Below are positions 47,601 to 60,372 of a DNA stretch of 64,000 nt, piece by piece; the stretch's first letter is position 1, and the number at the start of each line of letters is the position of its first letter. Source of the DNA: Moniliella sp. 'wahieum'. Taxonomy: Eukaryota. A program made the position numbers and the translations under genes. The notes under the pieces were generated by a model. The model saw only the letters and a program-made list of their open reading frames with translations, was not told the DNA's origin and ran no database searches. The DNA lies in assembly GCA_003971905.1 (NCBI GenBank), contig RSEE01000046.1, positions 186,001 through 250,000 on the forward strand, in the 5' to 3' direction.

Positions 47601-50529
47601 GAAGCGCCTGCCCCCCCCGAAGCTCAAGGTACCGAAAAGGTAGCCACCGTGGCGGACACGCCGGGCGCACCGGGCCGTGTGACGGCGCTGTGTTTTTTGG
47701 AAAGCGACGAGGGCGAGACAGGTCGCTTTGCCTGGGTTGGCACGGCGAGCGGGATCGTATGGGAGTTGGATGTGGTACGGGAAACCAGGTGGCAGTCAAT
47801 CGCTTGGTTCACAAAGCTATCCTCCACATTGCCCGCTTGGGCCGCCAAATGTGCATCGTCGATGAAGGCGGCAAATTTCGGTCTGGACACCTTCCAGTCA
47901 GGCCAAGAGTTCTTTGTCGACGGATGCACGAGGCCCTGGCGCAGGCGGCGGGAACGCGGGGACAGGTCCATCAATGGCCTCAGGCGCTGGTGAAAGTACA
48001 GTGTCCCTCGCCATCCCTTCCTCGGACCCGGTCTCTCGCCCTTCCTTTAGCGCTAGCGTTTTGTCCGATCCCGATGACACCCCGGGCCTGTTGGGCACCA
48101 AAGCCATTACCCACCGTGTCTCGGTCGAGGGCAAGTCGGTACCGCTCTTGGTCGGGGACCAACTCTGGGTCGCCTCGGGCGGTGTCTCCTCGTTCTCCTC
48201 CTCCCAGCCAGTCCCGGCCGGATCAAAGAAACATGGGCACATACATCGTTCCATTCGACGCAGCGTGCGGGTCGCAGCGGCGTAGCGGCAACCGCTACGG
48301 GAACAGCGGTGGAACCTGGATCGGGGGAAGAGTTCCACAAATCGGTACGCGTGCAGATGTACAATCCGTTCGCTGACGATCGACCGTTCGTCGCGACCAT
48401 GCTTCCCCCCACGTTGCCCCCACAGTTTTCCCCCACCCCCGTGGCGGCGTGACTGATGCGGCGATTGTGCCGGCTTCGACAAGCTCGGTCTTTCTCTCCC
48501 ATGCAGTGGTCATGTACGTCTCTTTCTTTCTTCCTCTCCTTTTTTTCTGTTTTCTTTCGTCGTCATGGGCGTCATGGATTTGCGCTCGAGACACCGCAGC
48601 AGCACGCTAACCTTTCCCTCCAAACCCACAGATTTCTGAATGGTCACGCAAAACGCATCAGTGTGTTGGTGTGTACCACCAATCGCTCGAACCCATCTTG
48701 TGCATGACCGCTGCGGGACGGTACTCTGGGCCGGCACCAAAGGCGGGACGATGCTCGTGTTTGGTTTGGGCGACGGAGCTCGCAAGGGTAAAGGATCGCG
48801 CTTGGTGCTGATCAAAGCGTGGCCTGCGCATGCGGGCGCCGTCAGCACCTTGGTCACCGACGCCGATAGTGTCGCTCATGGCCGTTTGCAAGTGGTCAGT
48901 GGTGGGTTGGATGGGGCGGTACGGATTTGGGATGGGTTGTTAACCCACGATTGGTTTGAACGTCGATTGCAACGTGCTGCATCTGACTTGACTACCCGCC
49001 GTACCATTCGTACCCTTCAGGTCACCTACAACATTGATGCTGCCGATCCCAGCGAGTTGGAGAGCGGGACGAACGGATCATTTTTATCTGAGTTGCTGCG
49101 CAGTGCAGCGCGCGCACCGCCCGTGTCGAGGGCCCAACGTCCAAACTGATCGGGCCTGAGATCCTCGTGTTGGCCTACAAGACTGATTGATTGGAAGACA
49201 AGCGCTTGACGGCGCGCAGCCTCCTCCTCAGCAAAAAGAAAATCGGTAACGAGTTTGGGGCGAACGTATCTCGACCAGTACGCAGCTGGCGGAGTAAATT
49301 GCAAGGCGCCGTCGACGATACGTTTGGTACGGGCGCGTACGAGTTGGTGGAGAGCGAGTTGCTAGTAGGTCTAATGACGTGCCTCTTTGTTTCGTCACGC
49401 GAGGTGGAGGCGGGAAGGATCCGCGAAGCTGCCGTCGGCACCGTCAAGACCGGCCTGTTTGGTGGTCGGTACGGCAACAAGGGCGCCGTCGCCGCTCGCT
49501 TGATCGTGGACGATTCGAGTTTGTGCTTTGTCAATTGTCATTTGGCCGCGGGTCAACACCACGTCCAAGCGCGTAACAATGATGCTGCTACAATCTTAAG
49601 TGCCACCAAGTTGTTCCCCCGCGCGGCCCTTTCCGCACCCGAAGACGGCGCGATTCCCCCGCGGCTACGCAGGACCATGACCTTTACCCGTGGCGGCGAT
49701 GGTGAACAAATTTTGGACCACGAAGCTATCTTTTGGAGTGGCGATTTGAACTGTACGTCGTGCTTTGGTTTCTATGTTTCTTCCTTGGTTGGTTGGTTGT
49801 TGCTTTGGTTTTGGGTTTTTTTGGGGTTGGTTTTTTGGGAGTGGGAAGGAACTACGCGCTATGCGCTACGTTGAGTTGGGTCAGAGCCACTGACGCGTAT
49901 GCCTTCCTGCAGATCGGATCAACGCCACCCGGGGCGAGACGTTGCGGTACATTAACAGTGGTAACATTACTGCTCTTTTGGACGAAGACCAATTGACCCA
50001 ACAAGCCAATACGAGTGGATTTGCCCTTCGTGTCTTTTCCGAGGCGCCCATCACGTTCCCCCCCCTACAAGTTCAACCGCCGCAGTAAAACGTACGATAC
50101 CTCCCCCAAACAACGCACGCCCTCCTGTGCGACCGCATCTTATGGTGTGACGCTCCTTTGACTTACCCCAGCGCTTTGGTACGCGCACACGACACTATCG
50201 ACGATAAGGCGGAACACGCGCTGGGCTCAGTGGGCCCGTCCTCCTCTTGCTCCAGCTGGCTCGGACGAAAAGACCAAGATCGAGATCGAGATCGAGATCG
50301 GGAACGGGAACGGGAACGGGGTCGAATCGGATCGCTCGCATACCGCGCTTGGACCCCAACCATCTCGGACCACCGCCCCGTCTCGGCCGAGTTTGAGGTC
50401 AGTGTGAAACGGTTGGATTCCCAGCGCCTCCTCGACTTCCTCCCCCGACTACGTCAAGAGTGGAACGCGATCCAGCGTGCTCAGCTCGATGAGGCCCGAC
50501 GGTACTTCCACACGACCATTGTGGGGTGA
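44618..50529 (+). CDS. Inositol polyphosphate 5-phosphatase with a Pro-rich N-terminus and a WD40-like region
   Basis: VTYNIDAADP, KTGLFGGRYGNKGAVAARLIVDDSSLCFVNCHLAAGQ, WSGDLN|YR (intron ~49753-49911), EAPITFP..YKF, YDTSPKQRTPS.CDRILW, SDHRPVSAEF. WD-like WPAHAGAVSTL...SGGLDGAVRIWD. Start uncertain. Confidence 0.85.
45267..45675 (+). repeat. 9-bp minisatellite (GGAACCCAA)n with GGTGGCCA variant units
   Basis: About 400 bp of imperfect 9-mer and 8-mer units. Confidence 0.93.
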
Positions 50530-50759
50530 TGCGGTCACGCGCTGACGCGCTGATGCGGTGCTGCCGGGGATGCCGGGGATGGTACAGGATACACGAAGAG
50601 TGCTGTTATCGTTTCACCGGTCCCTGGGGCCACCAGGGACGTATTGGACCCAGACCCTCACTTCGTTGTCTTCTCCCTTCAAGCTTCAAGCAGCTGCAAG
50701 GCGGTGTACCAGCCCCGCCTGCCTCTGCACCACTGCTTTTGTATATCCATGCCCCCTTT

Positions 50760-50950
50760 ATTCCCTCTCTTCCTTTTCTTCCACTTTTCTTGGTATCTTC
50801 ATCTTCTTTCTTTTCATCTTCATCTTCTTTCTTTTCATCTTCATCTTCTTTTTCTTCCCCATCTCATTCTTCATCTCCATTTTCATCTCACTCTCACTCT
50901 CCATCTCCATTTTCATCTCCATCTCGATCTTCGTCTCTGTTTTTGTCTTC
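50760..50950. repeat. Pyrimidine-rich (TTCATC/TCCAT)-type low-complexity tract
   Basis: Almost G-free C/T-rich stretch downstream of the 5-phosphatase. Confidence 0.8.
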
Positions 50951-52259
50951 GGGTTGTGAACTTTTAGGGTGTGCTTGGGCTCGCGTCCGGCCCACATTCT
51001 CAGTAACCACAGGACACAGGGCATACTATCATGGTACTTGTTCATGGAAGTAGGAGTAGGATGTGGGTGGTGTAGATGCAGTGTGGAACCCCCCAGGGTG
51101 GCTCATGTGCTCATGCGCCGTGTAGCCAAGGTCGTTTTAATCCCTCCTCAGGCCCAGAAGCTCGGCTGTTTTCTCCTTTCGCCTTCTCTTCCGCAGCCCG
51201 GCGGTGACTGGCTACTTGACTAATGTCCGTCTGTATATAGAGGTCGCTAGCTGGCTTAGTAGAAGTAGAGGTTACAACTACCACCACTAGTTCGATTGCA
51301 TCAATCAACCTCGGCTTCAACGTCCATCAGGTCTCGGTTTCATCATACAATGCCTGGCTATGGAAACAAAAGGTGAGAGGCAGGGGGACATGGTGGTATG
51401 TAGGTGCTTCGATCAGCAGGTGAACGGTTCAGTTCAACAGCTGAGAATCGGGATCGTTTCTATACCTTAAAAACAATGTATCCTGTTCTCATTGTGACCA
51501 CCCAGGTTGGAAGTTACAGGGTAGAGGTGTTGGCCCGTTTTGGGGAGCCTGACCCCTGACCGGGCCTGACCAGCCCGGGCAGGCAGCTATCCGTCAAAAG
51601 CAATGCCCCCCCGATTTACAGGCCTGGGGCGAGTATCCTTCTGTGGCTCCATGGTCTCTGCTGCACCGTGTGGCTGCGGTGAGTGTTGGCACTTCCCTAC
51701 GTAGAGGTTTGGTCTAGACTTGACTTGAGCCGCATTCCACATGCGCCCCCACCTTTTGTTCCAATTGTACCAAGCCGCACGTATAGTCGACACCGTGGGC
51801 GCATTTCGCATCTCTCTTCGCTTAACTCATTACCTCGGTTCTCACTCATCTGCTTCTGGAAGTTCAGACCATGCGGGCTACATCCGACTCAATGATTCAT
51901 GCATGATCCTGCTCGGCACGTACCGAAGGGGTACTAGCATGCAAATGAAATGAAAAATGCAGAAGGTGATGAGGGGGGACCAATCATACTGGTCCCCAGT
52001 CACGTCACGGCCTGTGGGATCTCCCCCACAAAGGAGGCCCTACCCTGCTATACCAAGGGGGCCCTACCAGGGCGTGAGGGTGGGCGGTTAGACCCCGGCG
52101 GCACATGACGAAAGAAGGAGGTAGAGGAGACGTGAAAGGTGAGAGGAGGGCAGGAACGGCGGGCATGCAAGCCAGCTTGCGTGCATGCAATACGAGGCAT
52201 GGCAGGCAGAGAGACGGAACGGAGGCCGAGCAGCAGGCGGTGGAGGCTTGGGATGGTAT

Positions 52260-52604
52260 CTAGTGCGCGTGGCGGGTAGGAACAAGGGGAATGCGAGTGC
52301 GAGATGAGCGAGTACGAGAGGATAAAGCGAGTGGGCGTGCGATGCGAGTGCGAGGCGAGTGCGGGGCGTGCGCGAGGGGGGGGGGGTACTTGGGGAGAGG
52401 AACGGAGGAACGGAGGGAGAAGAGAGCTAGTGATGATGGTGTGCGGGATGGTGCTGGGGGGGCAGGGGTGGTACCGACGAGGACCGCGCGCGGGCGGCGG
52501 CTGACGGGGGTGGCGTTGTCCAGCTTGGCGTCGCAGAAGACGCAGTAGCCCGTGGTGGGGCGGGTGACGCCGTTGCAGGAGGGGCAGAGGACGTAGGCGC
52601 TCAT
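52260..52604 (-). CDS. Small hypothetical protein with an N-terminal C4 zinc ribbon
   Basis: MSAYVLCPSCNGVTRPTTGYCVFCDAKL (CxxC-x10-CxxC). A TATAAATA lies ~55 bp upstream on the minus strand (~52659-52666). 3' end uncertain. Confidence 0.5.
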   Translation of the reverse strand: MSAYVLCPSCNGVTRPTTGYCVFCDAKLDNATPVSRRPRAVLVGTTPAPPAPSRTPSSLALFSLRSSVPLPKYPPPLAHAPHSPRTRIARPLALSSRTRSSRTRIPLVPTRHAH

Positions 52605-53899
52605 GGGGGGGGGGGGGGGTTTTGGGGGGCGGGGGGGCCAGGAGCGGGCGACAGGAGGTATTTATACGCGGGGGCCGGTGCGAGCGAGGCAACTGGCGCG
52701 TGGGAAGCAGCCCGCCGAGACGGCCAGAGACAGACGCGTTGCACTCGCCGGCTCCACTCGTCCCCATTCAAGACGGGGCTGGAGTCCGGCCTGGATCGCA
52801 TCTGGGGCGAGCCTCCTGCTGGAGAAACGCCCGGCGCGCTTCAAGCTTCACACTGCAGACGTTCCCCAGCCACAGCGCCACACCAGCGCGATGATGTCAT
52901 CCTGACTCAGACGCCGCGAGCGCCGCTGCGGGGAGTCGGCCTTCCGCCGGCTGCCCCACACATTCCGGGGGGTCAGTAACTAGCAACTAGCAACTAGCAA
53001 CCAGCAACCCTCATCCATGCCCATCCCCATTTCTCTTCCGCCGCCCCTCCACCCCACTGCCCCGCATTCGGCCCAGCCCGAATTACCACATCTGCCCCGT
53101 GTCTCCGGTGTGCCCAATGCGCCCACGCACTCACCCTTCCCACCCCACCCCCCACCGCCGAGACCATCTCGAACCATCCCGTGCGGACACACGCCTCCGC
53201 CGCCCTTCCCCATTCCATACTCAGCTCAACGTTCAACTTGAACGTACGTTGAACGCTGAACGTTGATGACGTGGATGCATTTTGTTCCTACATTTTGTTC
53301 ATACACGTGACATACACCCCTCGCCCCCCCCCCCTCTTGACCATGGGGTGTGGGTACGACTGATCAAACAATGCAACTAGGCCAGCCCAGCGCGGTTATA
53401 AGCTGTCTACATCTCCGGCTTCGCCGCCCGCTTCGTTCTACTCCGGGGGCGAATCAAGAACCCGTCAGAGCAAGCGCACGACGGGTCAAGGAAAGGGCAT
53501 GGCGACATCTTGTTTCATGGCAGATCGCCACACGGCATCATCATGTATCACGAAGGGGGGGAAAAGGGAGAAGTGCAAGAGGGGGCAGAAGGAGGGGGGC
53601 GGGGTATCGGCGTGCATAGCAGCTTTAAAGGAGTCAAGCTACTGGGGGTGGGTGCGACCGAACAGTCACACCAGTTACCGCAGTTTGCTAGTTACTAGTC
53701 TTGATGCGCAATTAAACCAACAAGGCTCAAGCGATCAAGCGTAGCCAAACGGAGCCAGGGCCAACCAAAGTCGATAGACAAAGCCTTCACATGGATCTTG
53801 CAAAAAACGAAAGACGATCCTCCTCAACCCTCTCGATTCTCGATTCTCGGCTTAGGTTCAATCATTCCGCTAGACCTTGCTTCGTCTGCGAACAGCGAG

Positions 53900-55328
53900 G
53901 CCAAGAACCGTTTTTTGGAGAGAGTTGGCGCTTCTACCCTTTCTGCCGGGAGTACGTTCCTTCCCCCGAGGGGTAAGCGGAGGGCAAGGGTGGGAGGTGC
54001 GGAGGCACATGCCTAGAAGATGGGTTCGTGGGATGATGGACATGGACATGGACTGGACCGGGCGGGGTCGGGTAGATGGGAGCCTGCACCGGTTTGACCT
54101 TGCACGTGGACGTGGACGGGGTAGGAGGGCGTTGTGGTGCGATGGCTGCGGTGGCACAACGGAACTGCACTGGGTTACGCGTAGTCGTTGGGTTGCAGGT
54201 CGGTGGGGGTGGGGGTACCGACACGGGCACAACAGATGGCTTGGACGCGACGCGGAACGGGCTAGCGAACGTAATCGATCCATCGATGCAAAGGAACGAA
54301 GGTTCCGTCTGGACGGACGAGTGGGAAGAGGATCGGGTGGGGAGGTGGATGCCAATCCGATTGGGAGCGGGAGGAGAGAGAAGGGGCCCTGCGTAGCCAC
54401 TGGACGCACTGCACCGGCACGGCACCGGCCCGGGCCCCCCTGGTCCCGCCGGCGTAGAGGTGGTGGCATAAGGATTGATGGGAGGGTCCAATTGCGCTCC
54501 TTGTGCGGACCAAGAGAGGTAAGCGGCGGGGGTGGTAGGGATAAGATTCGCCGATTCGCTCAAAGCGCAACGGTGGAGCGGTTGAGCTCGCTCCTAAATG
54601 GGGTAGGGGTAGAGTCGCGGTGGTGGAATGCAGTGGCATTCGAGGCGGGCCAGAGAAGGAGCCGTACGACGGAGCTGGCCATTGTGTTTCACAGGGTGCA
54701 GCGCGAGAGGGTAGGCGCCCTGGTCAGGGAGGATCCGGGGGGATAGTCATAGTCATGCTCCGGGTAGACGGGCGCTTCATCCGCATCATACTTTCTCTAG
54801 ACCGCTGGAGCAGCCTTTGGGAGAGGGAGATGAAAGGGTGGGGCGTACGCGTGAGCGGGGCGTACAATCCCCCTCGGCCCTCTCCTCCGTCATCGTTGTG
54901 TTCGAACGTCTCAGTATCAACGTGTGAAACCGGGTGGAAAAGAGGGGGGGAGAAGGTGGGTGGCATGCGAGTATTCAGCAAGAAAGTTGTCGCCCACTCC
55001 GATAGCTCCACGGGGTCAGAGGTTGCTGCCTGTGGTGGTCCGACACGGCTTGCAGCGTGCATCCGACAAGAAACCATTTGTCACACCCGCGCTTTCTTTT
55101 CTCTTTCGGGCGCACTCATTCTTTGTCCTCCCTCTTCTCGCTCACATTCGCCCCGAACGTAACTCGAGCATGCTTTGTCGTCTCCCTTGAAACGGAGCAT
55201 AAGGGCGAGACGGTCCCTCTTCCCCCCTAGAGGAAAGCGGCAGCGGTCCAGACCCAGCCCGTTCAGGCCCTGGTGCCATGGCTCAAACGAAGACAGAAAA
55301 GCGTCCTGCTCTCCCGTACTCGCCCATT

Positions 55329-55362
<34 letters not shown>

Positions 55363-58300
55363 GAAGGCCAAGGCACGGCCGCTGCACATCCCAAGGTTCA
55401 ACATGGCTCGCATCCTCCATCGGACGGTAGAATGGGGTTGACCACGTGTCTACTCGGGGCACGGAACGGTGGTCAGAGTGGTGGTCCAGAGGGGGGGTGA
55501 CACGGAAGCGAGCATCGATGCAGGTCTGGCATGGTGCCCAGGAGGATGACGGGACAGGGTGGAGAGGAGCCTGCGTCACCTGAAGCAGAACGGTGCAGAG
55601 GCCAATCCGACGGGTGCATCACGTCTGCTCATCGCTCGGGTGACTCCTCTTTACGTCCGTTCTTGTTCCTGCTCTTGTTCTTGTTCTGCTTCCTTTCCAT
55701 GCAGCTGATCCACGACCAATGTGGCGCAGCGGTCTGGCGAACCGTGGGAGCGGCACCCGTCATCTCGCAATCGGTTGAGACACCAAGTCCGGGGGCGGGA
55801 TCTGAGACTGAGATTGAGATCGAGATCGAGACGACTGCTGCGGCTGCTGTTGTTGTTGCTCACTTGGAGCATAGATGGTTGCCAGCCGGGTTCATGCGAG
55901 GTCGGATGATAAAGTTGCCATGAGACCGGGCTGGACGCAAGCGCCCGCTCGACCCCATGGCAGGTCTTAGGCTCTGGGGCCGGTACGGGCATGGGATGGA
56001 ATGCAGGACCGAAGGTATCTTGTGGTCGGGTCCCCCGGTAACCCATACGTCATACGTGTCATACGTGTTCCGCGGGGCAGAACTGCCTGTCGGTGCAAGG
56101 GAAGAGAGGGGAGGAAGCCATGCCAGCGAGAAGGCTTTGGCACAAAAGGAGGTTCTAATGGGCGGTGGCGTGGTTGATTGGATTTGACCCCACTTTTTCC
56201 TCTCTAGTACTATCAGGGAGCACGGCGGGTCTACGAGAAGGCTTGGTACACTCCCCTCTCCTGCCATCGGTTTTGCGCGGGGGGTTCCACCTCTGAAAAG
56301 GAACAGGGTACTGTGGAAGCAAGTCGTTCGTCATGCCAGCAGGGGGGGGTCGACCTGTGGCAAAACAGCGGCTTGGGGAGGTGCGAACCGGTAGACGGGT
56401 CTTTAGCGTGTTGCAGTCCTGGCAATCCTTCGGGAACCATGGTAGGCATAAAAGGATCCGAGCGGGGGCGGCGGTCTTTTGTGCGCTCCTCTTGCGACGA
56501 GGGCATGCGGCCAAAGTGGCTGTCGGTCCAAAGCGGAGGGTTGGCACGGGGAAGCAGGGCACGATCGAAATCCGATGTGGCACGAGGCCTTGGCCGGTGC
56601 AAGGGAGGGGATGGTGTGCGAGGCAAAGAAAAGCATCGGCAATCTCCTCTTCCTCCTGCTCTCTCCGTTCTGTCTAGGTTTTACCGAGCGAGATGGGGCA
56701 TGGCGAGCATCTGGAGTCGTTGCGGCGACCCGGGTACTCCCAAACCGGGCGTGAGGGGGGATGCATGAGAACCGGACTGCCCCGTGGATCGCTGGTTCGA
56801 CCGAGGGGGCTCTCTTGTGATGACACCAGGGACCGCTTGGACCAACTGGGCGAGGCAGACATGTACCGCCGCGTACGCTTCGTCTTGGCCTGGCGCGTGG
56901 CTTCAACGCCCACGCACGATGACGGTCCAGAGCAAAGACCGAGATTGGAACCCGTGCCATGTGAGCTGCAGCCGTCCCGTCCTGCTGTTTGCTCTTCAAT
57001 CGTATCCCCTCCTCGCATTCGGTGGTGCTCGAGTGCGTTGCCGTCTCTTTCATACAAGTGGATGAGGGTGGCTCGTCGGCCGAGGCGAGGGAGGGGGTGA
57101 TGGCGCCGCTCCGGCGTGGCATGACCAGCATGTCCCACCGGTTTGTCTTGCACATCAAGCTGATAACAGAAAAACGTCAGTATAGATCCGGCGGAGCAGC
57201 TAGCTATACTAGGAGGGGGACACACCATTCGACAATGTTGCGACAGTCTCTCAGACGTCAAGGCATAGCTTGGGGCAACACGGTGCACGCGACTTTGCCC
57301 CCGGCAAACATTTTGCATTTGGGAGGCTGCGCAGCGCAGCACCCCCCCCAACAAACGTAGCTGCCGCGCCTCAATCTCTGCTTCGACATGTAAGGCTTCG
57401 AGAAAATCAGCGTCGGAAGCACGGGCCCAGACTGCTGGCCTATCACCTCCACCCCCACCAGATCCGCCTCCCGCTCGGCACACTGCGAGCAGTCCGCACA
57501 CCCTGCCCCCTCCTCCACTCTCCAAGTGTCATCGCCAGTCCCATCATGCGTCTCGTGGTTGCGAGTCGAGTGAGGCTGGAGAGCGGCTGAGCAGTTTCAA
57601 ACGTGTCACCGCTCGAGGTGCACGAGGCGCTGTGAGTAGAGCGCAGACCGCGCATGCCTTGCCGTACACCCTCTTTCTTAGTGGAAGCAGGACGCTGCAG
57701 GGACGCGTTCGGTGATGGGGCGTGCAGGTCCAGCTGCAGCGAATGCGGCGCGCGCATCTCACGCGTCGTCTCAGTTGTGGCACTTGTCGTTCGGTTGGAA
57801 AGTGGGAAGGGAATAAGGTGGAAATGGAGTCTGGTTGCCTTTCCTGCCAGGTGGGGGGCTTGGGGGACACCGCCCAAACTGAGTGGGATCGGGAGATGGT
57901 GGGAGACAGATGAAACAAGAGCAGTTGAAGGGGCAGGAGAGGGGAAAACTCCACCACTGTATGCAAGTGGGTGGGATGTTTGGCATGCGGCTCAAGGCCG
58001 GTTGCGGCTGGGGCGGCTGGGGCGCCCCACTGCGCGCAGAGGGGGAGCACACCCGCGCCGGGTTGCTCATCCGCAAGGCCGATGAGCGAGCGGAAGTGGA
58101 GCGGATATCCGATTCTTTCTCCTCCAGCGCCTCTGCGTCGGCTTCGGCTTGTGCTTCCACCGAGGAGGATACCTCAAAGGCGGTAGAGAGCGACGCGTAT
58201 GGTATCCCACCTACGGTCCACTGGTAGATGCCTCCTGGCGGCTGTTGGTCCAAGTGAGATGGTAGGCTGTGCTGAGCGCCAGGCATGACACGCTGGCGGT

Positions 58301-58840
58301 GGTGCTAAGGGAAGGTGCAATCTGGCCCAAGGGATGAGGGCGGGGGCGACGGGAGAAACGCCGCACGAGGGCAGCCACAGCCGGTACGTAGAAGCAGAAG
58401 CAGTACAGTGTAGATCGTGCCGACCACTGATGTTTCTCACTTGCATTGCCGGGAGCTCCGATGATATGGATATTGCATTGCGCTCCGCGCAGCCGTCTGG
58501 GACGGACGAGGGACTAACGTCCAACGTGCCTAAGGCCTAACGCCAGGTGGCTGGCCGATCAATACGTTCCCAGATGGCCGTTGGATGGATGGCGCTGCGT
58601 GCGGGGGGGAGGCCGACGGCTTGCGTTTCCATCGGCTCCGCCCCGGCCAGCGCGTGTCTGAGGGTGTGAATCGGAGCCTGAGCGCTGAGTGGCTGAATTT
58701 CAATTTCAAGTGGGACAGCGTTCAACCAACGTTCACACGCCTGAGTCTGCCTCAGCGCCTCAGCCCGTCTTCGCAGCATAGCAAGAACGATGGGGTTGCG
58801 GCCAACCCTACTTGGTTGCAAGGCGCGGGGTGGCCGCAAG
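53900..58840 (-). CDS. One or more hypothetical Ser/Pro-rich proteins (unresolved)
   Basis: Overlapping minus-strand ORFs with coding-like composition (e.g. ASDADFLEALHVEAEIEARQLRLL) but no recognisable domain. Confidence 0.3.
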
Positions 58841-59505
58841 CCACCTCCAGGCCACCCAGTGGCCTTCTAGCTTCTGCGCACACCCTCCTCCGGCCAGCCA
58901 GGGCCACCATGGCAGCAGCACCGTCTTTCGCAGACCTGCGAATATCAGCTGAGATGCTGAGATCGCTGAGATCTCAAAGGTCTGGACCTGATCGACCTGA
59001 TCATGAGATGATTCATCTAACGCCGCGTACAGTGGCCGGCCCTGCCCAACGGGGTTGTGTGTTCCAGTCGGCCTGAGGCCCTGAGGCCTCCTGAAGCTTT
59101 TGCGTTCAAGCTTCAAGTTGAAGCTTCAAGTTGAACTTCAACGCCCAACGCCCAACGCCCAACGGTAGATCCTGGGCCTGGCTGTTCTACACTGGTGAAA
59201 ATGAGACGAGGCTCTGTGGGAAGGCCGAGCCACAATTCCAAGCACCGAATTGGGAATACCTGTGCCACCCTGGGGTTCAGATCTCAGAGCAATACTCAGT
59301 TGTAGAGAGTCTCCACCAACTGAAGCCGTTGGGCATAGCTGCCCAGCGGACTGAAATCCCCGCTGTAAGCAGCATTGCTGTTCAATTTGGATGTGTTGGG
59401 TATCTGCCCCTGTGATAAACCGCTGAATAGGCATGTACCCACCGCCGCTATCAGTTTCTGTACGACCTCCAACGAGACACACACCCCACGCCAGTGGCAC
59501 GTAAT

Positions 59506-60372
59506 TCAATGAATGTACCAAAAGGGACAGTAACGTGTCGGAGCGTAAAAGTACAGATCGCCCCCGCCAGAAGAATGGCAAAGAATGGGCGAACCAACTA
59601 GAAGGGTGGGGGTACTGAAGTAGAGAAGAAGATGTGATACCCAAGAGGTAGAAAAGGGGATAGGGGCGAAGAAAAAAGAAAGAGGGTGATAAAGGGCCGA
59701 TATACCATGAAGACGACGAGAACAAAAAAAGAAAAAAAGAGAGCGTGTCGGAAGAGATCTAGTAAGGGTACGGTAGTACTCCTTATCCTCGAAGCGAGGG
59801 TACGCCACGTCGGATTCACGCAACTTCTTTTCCTGTCGCGTCCAACCCAGTGTCTTCAACAGCACAGGCAAGGCCAAGTGCGCGACCAGAGTGGAAAAGA
59901 CGGTAGCCAAACCAAACCAGGTGCAGATCAGCTCCGCACGATAAACTGGATCTCTTCGTACTTGGGGGCCAGCGAATTGACCTGGTCGATCGTCGTTGCA
60001 TTTCCCCAGGGACCGAGGGTATCGCGGCGGAGATCCCCAGCTGCTGCAGCGAAGAAGAATAAACAGCGGTTGCGCATACCCTTGGCGGAATGACTGGGCA
60101 ATCTGGAAGGTGAGGGCCTGCATTGGGCCACTGAGCGGTTCTTGTACCCCCGAGGCCGACAGCGAATACTTCTGGTCCACGGCATAGTACGTGTAGGCCA
60201 CCGTGAGCGAGAACCACAAGATCAACACGAGAGGAAGTAAACCAAACCCACCGGGCCCCAGAGGGCAGTTCCCTTGCCAGTATAACTGCCCTTGCGTCCC
60301 TTGAACTGCGCACCACCCAGACAGACAGTAGCCACGCCCCAGACCATGGTCATAGCACCCACCACGATCCAA
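59506..60372 (-). CDS. Hypothetical multi-pass membrane protein
   Basis: Hydrophobic segments LLPLVLILWFSLTVAYTYY and ELICTWFGLATVFSTLVAHLALPVLL flank a luminal-like loop. Frameshifted. Confidence 0.5.
   Translation of the reverse strand: MDRGGCYDHGLGRGYCLSGWCAVQGTQGQLYWQGNCPLGPGGFGLLPLVLILWFSLTVAYTYYAVDQKYSLSASGVQEPLSGPMQALTFQIAQSFRQGYAQPLFILLRCSSWGSPPRYPRSLGKCNDDRPGQFAGPQVRRDPVYRAELICTWFGLATVFSTLVAHLALPVLLKTLGWTRQEKKLRESDVAYPRFEDKEYYRTLTRSLPTRSLFFFFCSRRLHGISALYHPLSFFFAPIPFSTSWVSHLLLYFSTPTLLVGSPILCHSSGGGDLYFYAPTRYCPFWYIH

Noticed and set aside
8640..50529. Frameshifts in almost every gene, read as mass pseudogenisation or programmed frameshifting
   Set aside because: They are 1-bp indels that also hit highly conserved genes such as RACK1 and one LTR copy, while amino-acid motifs stay intact. 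This is typical of unpolished long-read error.
59095..59145. GAAGCTTC clusters as heat-shock elements
   Set aside because: Only two correctly spaced nGAAn units occur at a time. They fit the broader palindromic heptamer pattern better.
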